From Malacoraja senta (taxonomy: Eukaryota), in NCBI GenBank assembly GCA_038087875.1, contig JAXLNO010005421.1, positions 1-47,939 of the forward strand: a stretch of 47,939 nucleotides of DNA. Direction: 5' to 3'. Shown here in pieces: positions 22,800-34,744 of this stretch. Under the pieces are notes generated by a model. That model did not search any database and was not told where the DNA came from. It saw only the letters and a program-made list of their open reading frames with translations. The position numbers and the translations under genes are program-made. How positions within the stretch are numbered: the stretch's first letter is position 1; each line of letters begins with the position of its first letter.

Positions 22800-23354
22800 T
22801 GTGAAGGTTTGTTTCTTAAAAAGCGGATAGCAAAAAACGTTGAATGTAGACCATGGTAATCTTTAATTGATTTGTCTGACGGGAGTGGCAAAGATCTACA
22901 TTGAGCACAAACGTTGCTCAGTGCTTCTCGGGCTCCCACTCACAGAACAAAGGTGAGTTAGCACAATTATACATTTTTCTTATCAGTAAAACACTCCGGC
23001 GAAGTCAGAATAAGGCATGACTGAAAGATTCTGAAGTCTTTCAGAATATAAGAGAAGCTGGGTCCAAATCGAGCTCATCCAATGACAAGTTATTACTTAT
23101 CTCTGGAGCGTCAGCTATTTTTTTTCAATCTTGGCTTCTTTATGGCCTTGAAGAAGCACATGTTATTACTGCAGGCTGCCATCTTATTGTCTTTATTGAA
23201 AAGACAACCTGTCCTCCATATTGTTTCATATAATTTACCAAGTCATTCAGACTTGGCACCGAGCCATTCTTTTATTCTACTAGTCCATGCTTTTGTAAAA
23301 GAACGACTCCATTTTAGATTTGACTATTAGATTTGACTATTAGCTCTTTCATCA
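22800..23354. mobile_element. Probable solo LTR inserted in the hAT tandem array
   Basis: TG...CA ends interrupting a repeat unit; TATAA at ~23046; no clean TSD. Confidence 0.4.
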
Positions 23355-23626
23355 GGACTGGCTGCAGTTCCCAGGTAGGCTCGCATCCCTGGGACTGGCC
23401 GCAGTTCCCAGGTCGGCTCGCATCCCCGGGACTGGCTGGCATTCCCAGGTTGCCTGCGTGCCCCGGGACTGGCTGTAGCGCCCAGCTCGCCTGCGTGCCC
23501 CGGGACTAGCTGCAGTTCCCAGATCAGCTCGCGTCCCCGGGACTGGCTGTAGCGCCCAGGTTGCGAAAACTAATTGAAAAAAAATACGCTTGTGGGCCTG
23601 ATGATTTCGGGTTACGGGCCGGATTC

Positions 23627-23758
23627 TTGCCTTTTTTGTTGTTTCCATTGTCGTTATTATTTATCTGCTACATTGAAGCTCCGCTCGGGCAGTGTGCCTG
23701 AAATTTCGTTGTGTGTATTTACAATGACAATAAAGTGTAATATTATTATTATTATTAT
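23627..23758 (+). mobile_element. Rex1/Babar-like LINE 3' tail
   Basis: AATTTCGTTGT...ACAATGACAATAAAG plus (TAT)n tail, inside the hAT subterminal region. Confidence 0.55.
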
Positions 23759-24066
23759 CCGGCCCATGGGCCGTAGTTTGCCGACCCCTGTATTATATGA
23801 TTGTTCAATCTCACCAATGGTGAAACCCATAGGTGTGAGTTAATTAACATTTCAAAAGTTTAATATTATGTTTGAGATGTATAATAGCATAAGACCGACG
23901 GTTTCTTGGATGTTATCGATTAAAATCTAATCACATGGATAGATTAATATGCTGGAATGTTGCCTGAGACTGGTGTCATCCTAAAATCGTTTTCCGAACA
24001 TTGCCGACGCATTCATGTTACAACGTGGTATTTTGTTCGATAATAGTTTAATTGAAGATATACCAC

Positions 24067-24343
24067 ACCCCCCTCCCCCCACGGCAGCGCGCACGCGTGG
24101 TGGGTGCGATGCCGCTCGGCACTGTCTGGTGGCGCGGTCTGCGCATGCCCGTGACGCGGCGGCGTCAGTGCGCAGTGACTGGCTGTGGGAGCGGAAGGAC
24201 GGCGTCTGGGCCGCGTAAAGCCAACGCAACGATGACGATAAAGACCCCGGTCCAGCCGAGCGGCGATCGCAGAGTTCCACCCTCTGGCGCTCTTCACCCG
24301 TCTTCGGTTTAAGCCGCCGCTGGCGGCAGAGAGAGAGCGAGAA

Positions 24344-24398
<55 letters not shown>

Positions 24399-25054
24399 AA
24401 GAGAGTGAGAAAGCGAGAGAGAGGGAAAGAGAGTGTGAGAGGGGAAGGCGGTGCCGGGCAGGCCCAGGTTGTCACACGCGCGCCTGGCGCCATTACCCGC
24501 GCGGACGCGGCTCCTCCTCGCCTCCCTCCTCCTCTCCTCGCCGCCGCCGCGGCACCTCCCAACGAAAAGCCCGAGGAGGAAGGCCGCCGCACATCAAGGA
24601 GCAGTCGGCCGCGGGGAAGGGGGGAGGTTAGCATTGGAGAAGAGTTGGTGAGCTGCAGAAATTAGCATCTAGAGGTAATCGCCCTTCTGCGTGAATTCTG
24701 GGAACCAAGGGAGGGCGTGAAGGTGTTTCCCCCCTCGCTCTCGGGTAGGTCTTAGAGGTTTCTAAACGGGGTTGTCCCCTCTCCCCTCCGAGGAACAAGG
24801 TGGGGTGGTAATCAAGTTACCAATACCATATATATAATATGTAGGTAGGCGTATTCAGGCTCTCATAAACATCGAGGCACTGTTGTTAATACAAAAATCA
24901 GGACAACGCCTGAACCCGTCGTTGGATGTTATTTTAAAACTGGACGATTAACGCCGTTTGTTCCGAAGACTGTCGATGGGCTTGAATTTGCGGAAATAGG
25001 ACGCAAGGGGCGGATGTTTTTCGCGTGGGAGGGTGTCTCATTTCTGAAGTTTAA
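24067..25054 (+). promoter_or_regulatory. CpG island / putative promoter and first exon, copy 2
   Basis: Reverse-complement homolog of 801-1682; NRF1-like TGCGCATGC at ~24140; ATTGG; donor GAGTTG|GTGAGC at ~24647. Confidence 0.6.
24328..24440. repeat. (GA)n microsatellite
   Basis: Seen directly; only a short seed is present in paralog copy 1 (~1401-1417). Confidence 0.95.
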
Positions 25055-25328
25055 CGCCTTGTTTCCAAAACAAATATTTTTAAAAGCGAGTTTTCAACTG
25101 CGCATGCCCAGATCATAGGTCATTCCGATGAACATTTTGGCCAGCTGAGCTGCTGCGTGTATACAGACGTGTTTCAACCGTATTTTCTAGTTTTGCTTCT
25201 TTGAGGTAAGAAAATACTGCTTTAAAAACTATTAACTATGTGTATTTATGGTTCATTTGTACAAAACTGCGTTTGTTGGTTTTATTGCTTTATGCTTTGG
25301 TATTTTATTGCTGTCTGCTTCCGAGGTA

Positions 25329-25420
25329 TAACTGTTATACCAGTGTCTAAAACAGTTTTAAGCAATATTATGTCTACTGAACATCATAACAGTTAGTTTG
25401 AGACACTGGTATAACAGTTA
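25329..25420. repeat. Perfect 20-bp inverted repeat with 52-bp spacer
   Basis: TAACTGTTATACCAGTGTCT / AGACACTGGTATAACAGTTA. Confidence 0.85.
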
Positions 25421-26254
25421 CACGCTCATTACAGTTATTGGTGTGCCTGGTAAGAACTTTGGCAAATGAACCTTTTCAGTTCTTTGTGATATATTTGGAT
25501 TTGTTCACTCCTTGCGGTATAGTAATGTAACTTTATCAATGGCAGTATGTAGAACATTGGCAGTAAGTGCGGTGATCATTCAGGTCGCTTTGTGTTTTAT
25601 TTTTTCAATTCAGCTGAAAATAAACAAACTCAACAGGCTTTCACTCTCGCTACTGCCATTGCAGTGTCAACCCTTGTGGGTCCGTCATTTACATGCCGCT
25701 GGAAATTAAATCTCGCCCCACACTCCTCCACTCTCTCTCTCTCGCACTCCTCGTGAACAGCCACTCGCTACAATAAGCGGAATGGTCCTTTCTTTCGTTA
25801 ATCATGTCCGCAGTCTTTGGTGGGGCCGGCTTCACAGACTTAACCGTGAACGGCTGCGTTTAACCAGGGCTCTGGGAACTCGGTATCTGATGGGGATGAG
25901 GAGGGTTCCAGAGAGAAGGCAGGAACAACTTAGAATCCAGCAGCAGAGTGGCTCTGTTAATGGATTAATTCCACAGTGATTTCAGTTCAGAAAGATCCGC
26001 GGCCACTGGTTTAGGAGATCGATCCAATTATTGACCAACAATCGTCGGAATCCGTCTGTGACAGACTCCACAAAGAGACGTGTCCATAGGAGCGGGTGTC
26101 CACTCTGATCAATAACAAAGGCACAGTGAACTTCACAATGTAAAACCATCCCAGTCAAAACCGTCCCGGAGAGCTACCTTGCCCGAGCACTGGGACAACT
26201 CTGCGCAAGGTCCCACTGAAGGCAAGAACATCATTCTAGTCACTCAAACAAATA

Positions 26255-26323
26255 CGGCTGCAGGCCGGATGATTTGGGGTTATGGGCCGGATTCGACCCA
26301 TGGGCCGTCGGTTGCCAACCCTG
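26255..26323. mobile_element. hAT (Charlie-like) right terminus
   Basis: GGGCCGGATTCGACCCATGGGCCGTCGGTTGCCAACCCTG, similar to the end of 22200-23790. Confidence 0.6.
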
Positions 26324-27569
26324 ACTTAACGGTACATTGACACCGCCTGTAGGTAAAGCATCAGCCCACATCACACTGATACAGTCGCTGCCAGCCTCAG
26401 ATTAAATATATATTTTTGCACACATTATGAATAAAGATAAGATTTTTTTTCAAACAAGTAATATTTTCTTATTCCAGTAGCAAACACATTAAGGATTAAT
26501 TCATTGGTAGAATAGTCAACAATTTATACACAGTTTATTCAGCGCTGCGTTTGCTTTTTTTTACCCGAACGACCATTGACAAATCCCATGATTCCTTGTG
26601 TTTATTGGAATACCGAACTCGCTTATATGCTTGCAGAACATGCTTAGTATTTGACGTGATCATCGCAGAACGCAGCTCATCTATCATTTGTACTTGAGCA
26701 AAGCATTGACCATATACTTTTGCTGATTAGTTTTATTCAGAGTAGAGTATTACACGGTGACAACTTAGTAAGCAAAGCGGGAACATGAAATCTGCAAATT
26801 TAGCATTGCTCGCCGTTGTAAATAAAGAGGAGGGAGACGAGAGTTCAGTCCTCTGTGTTAAATTGGATAGGGACAACTGGTGTCGGGTTATATTGCAGTG
26901 TTGAGGCCGAAGTGCACTTGGGAATCAGGTGGATGGGGAGACACTTGAAATCTCAGGTGTAATGACTACTCCTCTTGAGCATGTGTGAAAACATTAGTTA
27001 CTGCTCGGACACTAACAACAACACATTGCAGTTCCCAACTCCAGATAGACTCAAATTAATTTTCAATAGCGTCTTTAAATACACCGAGCTGGCAGCTTTT
27101 TTTTGTTTTATGATCCCTCCCGAGGAGGACTGCGTCAGCATAATTGCTCGAGGTTTTTGTTTTTGTGGTGTGGGACTAACTTTGCTGCTGGTGAAGCCCT
27201 GTTTAATAGTCTCCTTTTTCACTCACTCGCTCACTCACTCACTCACTCACCAACTGACCAGATTGTGTGAGGACAGTGGAGAGGTGCCCCTCTGGTAAGT
27301 CTATCCCCGTCTCGTCTGTGCAGCTACGGCTTCCAGGTCTAAAGGGATGTGGATTAAAGGCTTCGAGTGATCCATCGTGCTTTGGCTGTGCTCTACACTC
27401 CAGAATTTGTGAAGTTGGGACCGCGCTTCCGATCCCTTCCACCCCGCTTCTGTATTAAAACAGATCACGAACATGTTTCCAAGTCAGGGGCCACTTGGTT
27501 GCGCTGCTGCCCCTTTAATCTTGGTGCAACTGGGGACAGGGCGGGAAGATGTGCTATTTTACCTCAAAG

Positions 27570-28002
27570 ATCAGATGAGCGGGGGTGGATGGAAGTGGTG
27601 GTATTGAAAGCTCTGAGACCGAGCGGATCGAGGAAGGCGCCAATCAGATGGAGAAGTTCGATTGCAGCAGCCTGGAGCGGCAACAGTTCGCGTTCGCGTG
27701 GTCAGGAGGAAGCGCTGCTGTTCTGTCTGGCGAGCAACACGGAGGATGTGCTTCAGCTGATGGGCCCGCACCAAATTTTTCTCACCATTCCTTTGACGGA
27801 GAACGATCAGTCGGCTTTGAGCCATTACTAAGATCGGCAGAGTCAAACCTTCATCAACCAGGAAAGATAAATCAAGCCGATTGGCTTCCTCTTGTCTCGG
27901 ACGTTCAGCCAAATCGGTCTCCACATGCTTCCCCTGGTTACTTGCAATAACAAGCCAGGGGTCCAAATTTTATACTGCGGACAGTTCCGTACATGGAAGA
28001 AG
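27570..28002 (+). pseudogene. Possible disabled coding exon of an unidentified gene
   Basis: Acceptor TATTTTACCTCAAAG|, donor AAG|GTATTA; reads as ~140 codons from ATG 27575 if one G in a G5 run is removed and TAA 27948-27950 is read as CAA; no recognisable domain. Confidence 0.25.
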
Positions 28003-28439
28003 GTATTAGTCAATGAAGATGATCTATAACCTTTTTATTTAATATTGGGGTACACTTGATTAAGTTGACACAGGCTTGTTATAAAGTGTGGAGCAATCCA
28101 AACAAATATCACCATACTAATAGAAAGGGGCGATTAGATTTCATCTGACAGTTTGCATGTTTAAAATGTAATATTATAAATTATACTTATTTGAAATGGG
28201 TGATGATCAATCCTTCCCACAGAGAAATTATGTTATTTGTCAAATAAGCTGTCTTTTTTATTGTATTAGAATATAGTTTCACTCAATCCAATCAAAGTAC
28301 TTAACCATTTAGAAAAGAAAACAAGATTGTGTGCAGTTGCTCGAGATTATATGTAAGCATTTTTAATATTATTAATAGTTGAGTGAGAAAGTTCTGGGCC
28401 TCGAAGATATTAATGGACTGATTATGTGAACATAAATTT

Positions 28440-28690
28440 GGCAAAGCAGTTGTGAAGGACAGACAAGGAAAGGGAATACACAATAAATGGAAGTGTAGAG
28501 GAACGGATGGAGTGGATGTCCACTCATCTCCCGAGATAGTGTCAACAGGAAGGATCTATCATCTTAGCAGAGAGGTCAGTGATTTAAATTAATTGGTATA
28601 AAGGTTAGAAAATAGTTGAGGGGAAAAAAATGATGGGGATTTGGATATTTTCTGAATAGATGGTGCAGACTAATGTCATAATTTGCAGGG
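28440..28690 (+). mobile_element. Old CR1 fragments
   Basis: Degenerate ..EYTING.. and TTTAAATTAATTGGTATAAAGGTTAGA blocks typical of the CR1 3' region. Confidence 0.4.
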
Positions 28691-28859
28691 CTACGAATCA
28701 GGAGCTGAATTGTGTATTTAACCAGAAGTCTAGGGATCTGGTTAGGTTGAACCCTAGTTAGGTGTATTAAATTTTTGATTCCATGATCATAACAACAGTG
28801 CCTCTCAGGACTAATCTGACACAACACCAGAACAAGCAAAAGTGGAAGATTCAAGGGCA

Positions 28860-29870
28860 TGCATGTGAATGTGTGGTTAAAGAGGATTTTAAGAGCTTGG
28901 TTGGCTTTTGGTGAGAAGAACAGTCCCTGTCGGATCTTTTATGTGCAGTGGGAGTCTCAAAATAACTGCCCCGAGGATGAGACAGTCTTTGCCTTCTGTG
29001 CATGCGCGAGGAAGGTCTGGAAAACATAAGTGGTTTCTGTTGAGATTCATCCTGTAGATCTGCATAACACAAGAGTGCGCTCTACAAACTATACCCAGAG
29101 ATGCACTTTGAGACTAACGTAAGCTGCTATTGGAAGGTTGCAAGCTTGCTGAAAACTATACTTTTTTTCAAAACATGCTGTTCTTCCGATGTAAGGATCT
29201 TAGTAATTAGTCAACGCATATTCTCATCTGAGTCATTTATGTTTCAAACAACAAAGGCCCCACTAATGACCTGTCGCAGGGGATTTGTTGCTACCAGGCT
29301 ATTAAAAGAAAATGGCGAGGGATCGCTCCCTCCAACAAGCCATCAAGTCATTACCAAATTCTGCAGAAAAAAGCAGCAATTGGCTTTGGATCAAAAGGAG
29401 AGATAACAATTGGGCTGTGAGATGAAGACAGGAGGGTATGGAATTGACGGGGGTGTAACTGCGACGCAGGTATCACCTTTGGGCCCTCGAGATATTGTGG
29501 ACTTATCAATGAAACGTCAATGAAGGAGGGTGCCCACCTGATGACCCCGATGATGTACCTACCCTACCTTTCGCCACTCCAATCCCACTGATAATAGCAA
29601 GAGTGCCGACTTACTACAGGGATTGAAACGTCAAGTCCTTTCAGCTCTACCTGCAGTGCATCACTTGTTATAGACTTTCAATCAGAAAAACACCCATCCA
29701 CAATTAAATGCAGCAGACTGAGACACCCTACGTTACAGAACTATGCTGAGGGCAACAGTAAAAATTGCCGCATCTGCTACAAAGGCTTAATGGAGAAGGG
29801 CTAGCGTACAGAGCTATCTTGCATTGCATTTGCTGGAAACTCTGTAAAGGACTTCCAGACATTGCTGGTG
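28860..29870 (+). pseudogene. Highly decayed piggyBac-like transposase C-terminal half
   Basis: Collinear motifs across frames: IFYVQW (~28936), MLFFRCKDL..VNAY (~29175-29222), NCRICYK (~29763), LHC, KDFQ (Cys-rich domain). Confidence 0.45.
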
Positions 29871-30099
29871 CAATGTATGTGAAAGGGACTTTAATCTCAC
29901 AACGATAGTATAGAAATTAAAAGTAAATGTAATAACAGTTCTTGTATTGTAAATGGTGATACACAAACGCACCGTACTACATGTTTGCAATTTTTAGATA
30001 TTTTGAGCTTGAAATTAGATTTTAAGCAGCAACAAAGGGAGATAAAAGTGGAGCAGTTGCGGAAATCACTATCAGGACCAAACATTGTTGAGATGTGTA

Positions 30100-31210
30100 A
30101 ATCATTGAATCATACAGCACTGAATGGGTCTTTCTGGTACACCTTGTCCATGTCAGCTGAGAAACCTATTTACGCATATCCTATTTGCCTATATTAGACC
30201 CTAATTTCCTCTGTCTTCCAGTCTTAAACCTATCCAAATTCCTTTTATTTGTATTTGCCTCTACCACCATCTCTGGCAGCTCATTGCAGATAACTATCAC
30301 CCTCTCTGCAAATCTTACTCCTCACTGGAGACCTCTCAAATTTCTTTCCTCTTACTTTAAACTTGTCCCTTTCAGTTCGACAGTCCCCTGCCTTGTGAAA
30401 AAGACTTTGTCTACCCTGTCTATACTTCTAATGTTATAAATTTCTATAAGGTCACCTCTAAGCATCCTATGTTCTAGTGAGGACCAACCATGCATTTCTA
30501 ATCAATCCTCATACCTACAGCTCTCATTTCCAGGCAACACCCTGATAAATCTCGTGCATTCTCTCCATTGTTACCAGATCTGTACATTGCTCCAAATGCA
30601 ATCTAATAATTGTTTAGCATGACTGAAACGTGATGTCCCAACTCCAGTGGTCAGTGCTTCGGCCAATGAAAGCATGCAGACCAGCTGTCTACTTCATTAT
30701 TCTATTCACCTGCGTCACCACTTAAAGAAATTTAATCAAAGCTATCAGCTAAATCATGGACCAGTCTCACCCAGGTTACTCCCTCTTCTCCCATCAGGCA
30801 AGCGATACAGCGATTTGAAAATGCATAGCTCGTTTTTCATCCCATCTGTCACTAGGCAACTAGATAGTTCTCAACAGTTCCCTCATTAGCTAGAGTGCGG
30901 TCCTGACCATCTATCTTTGAACTATCTTTTATCAGACTATCTTACGCTAAATGTTGTACCCTTCATCTGTGCACTGTGGATGGTTTGATTGTAATTATGT
31001 ACATAGATTTTTCTTTGACTGGATAGCACACAAACAAAAGCTTTTCATTGTACCTCAGTACATGTGACATTATTAAATTAAACTAAATTATACTTATGGA
31101 CTTGCACCCCAAGGCCCCTCTAAATATCAGCTCATAAGGTCTCTGCCTTTACTCTATATGTCCTATCAGAATTTAACATTCTAATGCGCATTACCTCACT
31201 CTCGTGGTCA
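30100..31210 (-). mobile_element. Old CR1 3' region, interrupted by a Rex1 fragment
   Basis: Reverse complement gives AGAGGTGACCTTATAGAAATTTATAA (RGDLIEIY) and other CR1 blocks. Confidence 0.6.
30765..31088 (+). mobile_element. Rex1/Babar LINE 3' end
   Basis: LLPSGKRY..SFF C-terminus; AAAAGCTTTTCATTGTACCTCAGTACATGTGACA tail. Confidence 0.7.
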
Positions 31211-31271
31211 CATTCCCTCAGCCTTTGCTCCATCTAACTTTTCAGTTGTTGTATGTCCCATGGTGTCCTTA

Positions 31272-31538
31272 GACAACATAGAACAATACAACACAATCCA
31301 CAATGTCTGTGCCCCACGTGATGCCAAGACCAATTTGAATCTGCCTGCACGTAATCTGTAGCCCTCCATTCCCTGCATTTCAATATGCCTGTCCAAAAGT
31401 CTCAACTGCCATTATCGTATCTTCCTCAACCACCACCCCCAGCAGCGCATTCCATGTACTCACCTCCCTCTTTTTTTTACCTAAAATGTCCCGAGCATCT
31501 CTTTTAAATTTTGCCTTTCTCACTTTAAAGATATGGCC
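31272..31538 (-). mobile_element. CR1 3' fragment
   Basis: FKVRKAKFK..WNALLGVVVE..LDRHI in ORFs 31380-31577 and 31208-31405. Confidence 0.7.
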
Positions 31539-31542
31539 AAAT

Positions 31543-34500
31543 TGGATAACCTGTGAGGTTATCCACTTTGGTACCAAAAACAGGAAGGCAGATTATTATC
31601 AAAATGACGTCAAGTTGGGGAAAAGGGGAAGTACAACGGGATCTGGGGGTTCTTGTACATTAGTCTATGAAAGTAAGCATGCAGGTACAGCAGGCAGTGA
31701 AGAAAGCGAATGGGATGTTGGCCTTTATAACATGAGGAATCTAATATAGGAGCAAAGAGGTCCTTCTGCAGATGTACAGAGCCCTAGCAGGGCTCTTGCT
31801 TAAATTTTTTTTCCCCTGTTGCCAGCCGGGCAACCTTGGTAGCTTTTTAGGTTGCCAACTGACAGTTTAGATGGTCATTTAAGATGGCTTGCATGACGTG
31901 TGCGATAATGTGCTAGGACGAAGTGCGTAGTTACCAGTCGGAATTATACTCAATGAAGCATTCACATATTATTTCTGCTTCAAATAAAGTAACAAACTAA
32001 ACATATTCACCAATCAAGACACGATATATCCCACAATGACATGCAGCAAAATTATAAGACAGTATCTCAACTCTATTTACACATTGCAATTAATGCAATT
32101 TCTATTAGTTCTTTCCACTTCCAAACAACAATGTGGTTGGATTATTCAGCATATGATCAACCTGTGTCAATAAATCCTGGACCATGGTAACATATATGCT
32201 TAACCATGCACACTACAGATTGATTGATGCAAGCATGTTTTCTGTGAAGGACCGAAAATTACCATAACATGGCCATAGCATGGGTCGTTATTGCTATTGG
32301 TACAGAAACACTCTCGCTTCCCACATAACTTATCCACAACAAAATTACCATAACATGGCCATAGCATGGGTCGTTATTGCTATTGGTACAGAAACACTCT
32401 CGCTTCCCGCATAACTTATCCACAACAGGTTGCAAGGACATTTCTACAGGCATTTTATGATAATAGCTGTTAAAACCAACTATACCCATCTGACAGGTTA
32501 AACATTACACTAGCTGACAAGAGATGGCCAAAGGACATAACTGCAGCAAATGTTCTTTTGGTAATATATTTAAAGGTGTCAAGACGCCACATTACCGGAC
32601 ATTCAGATTAAATGTACATGTTGTGAACAGCAATGAAGATACCAAGTTAGTAAGCACCAGATTAAAAAAAAATTGTGATGTATATGATTGACTAGTAAAA
32701 TCTGGATAAATCCAAAGTATAGTTGTGGATGTTGCTCATTAAATAACCACAGTACTGATACTCCATATTAAGAGCATTGATTTGCCGTTAAATTTGTAAT
32801 AATGTGTCAACGGTAGCAGTGACAATCGAACACTGCAGTTTTAATGTTTCACGTGTTCACAATTTAATTAATCGATCTTTATGGATTAAAACAAATAATA
32901 AGTGATGGAGAAACTCAGCAAGTGAGGCAGCATCTATGGAGCGAAAGAAATAGGCAACATTTCCGGTCGAGACCCTTCTTCAGACTGTTCCCCCCATTCT
33001 TCTTGAATGGGTGGATCAGTACAGGATGGGTGGGGGGGGAGATCAGCGCAGGATGAATGGGGGGGGGGTCAGTACAGTGTGGATCGGAGGGTCTGTGCAG
33101 GATGAATGGGGATCACTACAGGATGAATGAGGGGAAGGTGCAGGGTAATGGAGGATGGGTTAGTACGGGATGAATGTGGATTAGTACAGGATGGATGGGG
33201 GATCAGTACAGAATGGATGGAGGAGAAGTGCAGGATGGATGGGAAAGGGGTAAGTACAGGGTGAATTGGGGAACCAGTGGAGGATGGATGGGGGAGGTGG
33301 CAGGAGAATCAATGCGAGGTGGATAGGGTGATCAGCGCAGGATGAATAGATGGGGGGGGGGTTGATGGGAAGGGGAGCACAGGGGATGTCAGTGAGGACT
33401 GAATAGAGGGCGGAATGGGGATCAGTGCGGGATGGAGTGGAGGGGTCCCAGGATAAAGGGGTGGAGGGGGCGTACAAGAGAGAGGGAGCGAGGTGGGGAG
33501 GAAGGAAGGTCAGCGCTCCTCGGACAACATCGGCCCGCTGCCTTGGCCATTGGGAACTCCTCGCCACCGCCTCCCTCCTCCGCCAACCAACAGCAAGGTG
33601 CGGGGCCGGGCGGGGCAGCTCAGAGATCCTATAACTATAAGATGTTTGGTGCAGCTGCTTCAGACGAGTCGGAGCGAATGACGGGCCCCGCACAGCGGCA
33701 GCAGCGGCCGCGACAGCGGCTCCATCTCCTCCTCCCTGATAGCGGCCGCTGCTTGTTTCAAAACAAACCCCCCCGCACGCCGAGGCCTCCCCCTCCCTCC
33801 CGGCCTCGGCGTGCGTGAGGGTTTGTTTTGAAACAAGCAGCGGCCGCTATCAGGGAGGAGGAGGAGATAGAGCCGCTGTCGCAGCCGCTGCTGCCGCTGT
33901 TCAGGGCCCGTCATTCGCTCCGACCCTTCGTCACCCCGTATAGTATCTTTGCCCCGCAACAGAGCTGTCACTGACACAACACGTCGTGTTCCTTTTCTCC
34001 AGAGATGCTGCCTGACCCGCGGAGTTACTCCAGTTTTTTGTGTCTATCTTCGGTACAAACCAATATCTGGTTCCCAAGCCGGGCAAAATGACTCGGTGTT
34101 TAGGTTGCCCGGCGGCGCTTTGAGTGGTCAGTGGCACCTGGGCAACCGCTAATTTCGAGCCCTGCCTAGTGAGACCACACCTGGAGTATTATGTGCAGTT
34201 TTGGTCCTCTAATTTGAGGAAGGACATTCTTGCTATTGAGGGTGTGCAGCGTAGGTTTACAAGGTTAATTCCCAGGATGGCGGAACTGTCATGTGCTGAG
34301 AGAATGGAGCAGCTGGACTTGTACACTCTGGAGTTTAGAAGGATGAGAGGAGATCTCATTGAAACATATAAGATTGTTCAGGGTTTGGACACGCTAGAGG
34401 CAGGAAACATGTTCCCGATGTTGGGGGAGTCCAGAACCAGGGGCCACAGTTTAAGAATAAGGAGTAAGCCATTTAGAACGGAGACGAGGAAACACTTTTT

Positions 34501-34740
34501 CTCACAGAGAGTAGTGAGGCTGTGGAATTCTCTGCCTCAGAGGTCGGTGGAGGCAGGATCTGGATGCTTTCAAGAGAGAACTAGATGGGCTCTTAAAAAA
34601 TAGCGTAGTCAGGGGATATGGGGGAGAAGGCAGGAACGGGGTACTGATTCGGGATGATCAGCCATGATCACATTGAATGGCGGTGCTGGCTCGAAGGGCC
34701 AAATGGCCTACTCCTGCAACTATTGTCTATTGTCTATTGC
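31543..34740 (+). mobile_element. CR1 3' portion split by a hAT insertion (31543-31787 and 34165-34740)
   Basis: CEVIHFG...LYRA|LVRPHLEY...WNSLPQ; (TATTGTC)n tail. Confidence 0.85.
31788..34164. mobile_element. Non-autonomous hAT5-like element, copy 1
   Basis: TIR CAGGGCTC...GAGCCCTG; 5-bp TSD CCTAG; GGCAACC subterminal repeats; internal 86-bp tandem duplication (32255-32426), minisatellite and palindrome. Confidence 0.85.
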
Positions 34741-34744
34741 CTCT

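Larger units (their letters stand above)
22200..23790. mobile_element. Non-autonomous hAT (Charlie-like) element with internal ~34-bp tandem repeats
   Basis: TIRs CAGGGGTTGACAAC / TTTGCCGACCCCTG; 8-bp TSD TAATATAT / TATTATAT; repeats GGGACTGGCTGCAGTTCCCAGG at 22475-22800 and 23355-23560. Confidence 0.8.

Noticed and set aside
22470-23560. Regular ~34-bp repeats as a CRISPR array
   Set aside because: No unique spacers, no cas genes, vertebrate context; it is a minisatellite within a hAT element
23981-24634. 217-aa minus-strand ORF and other ORFs in the CpG islands
   Set aside because: By-products of high GC and the (GA)n repeat; frames are not conserved between the two paralogous copies
29760-29800. 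CRICY as a MARCH RING-CH domain
   Set aside because: Downstream Cys/His spacing does not fit; context favours a piggyBac Cys-rich domain
33005-33450. Pro/Gly-rich ORFs here and at 40751-42187
   Set aside because: They derive from GGATGAATGGGG-type minisatellites and palindromes inside the hAT copies
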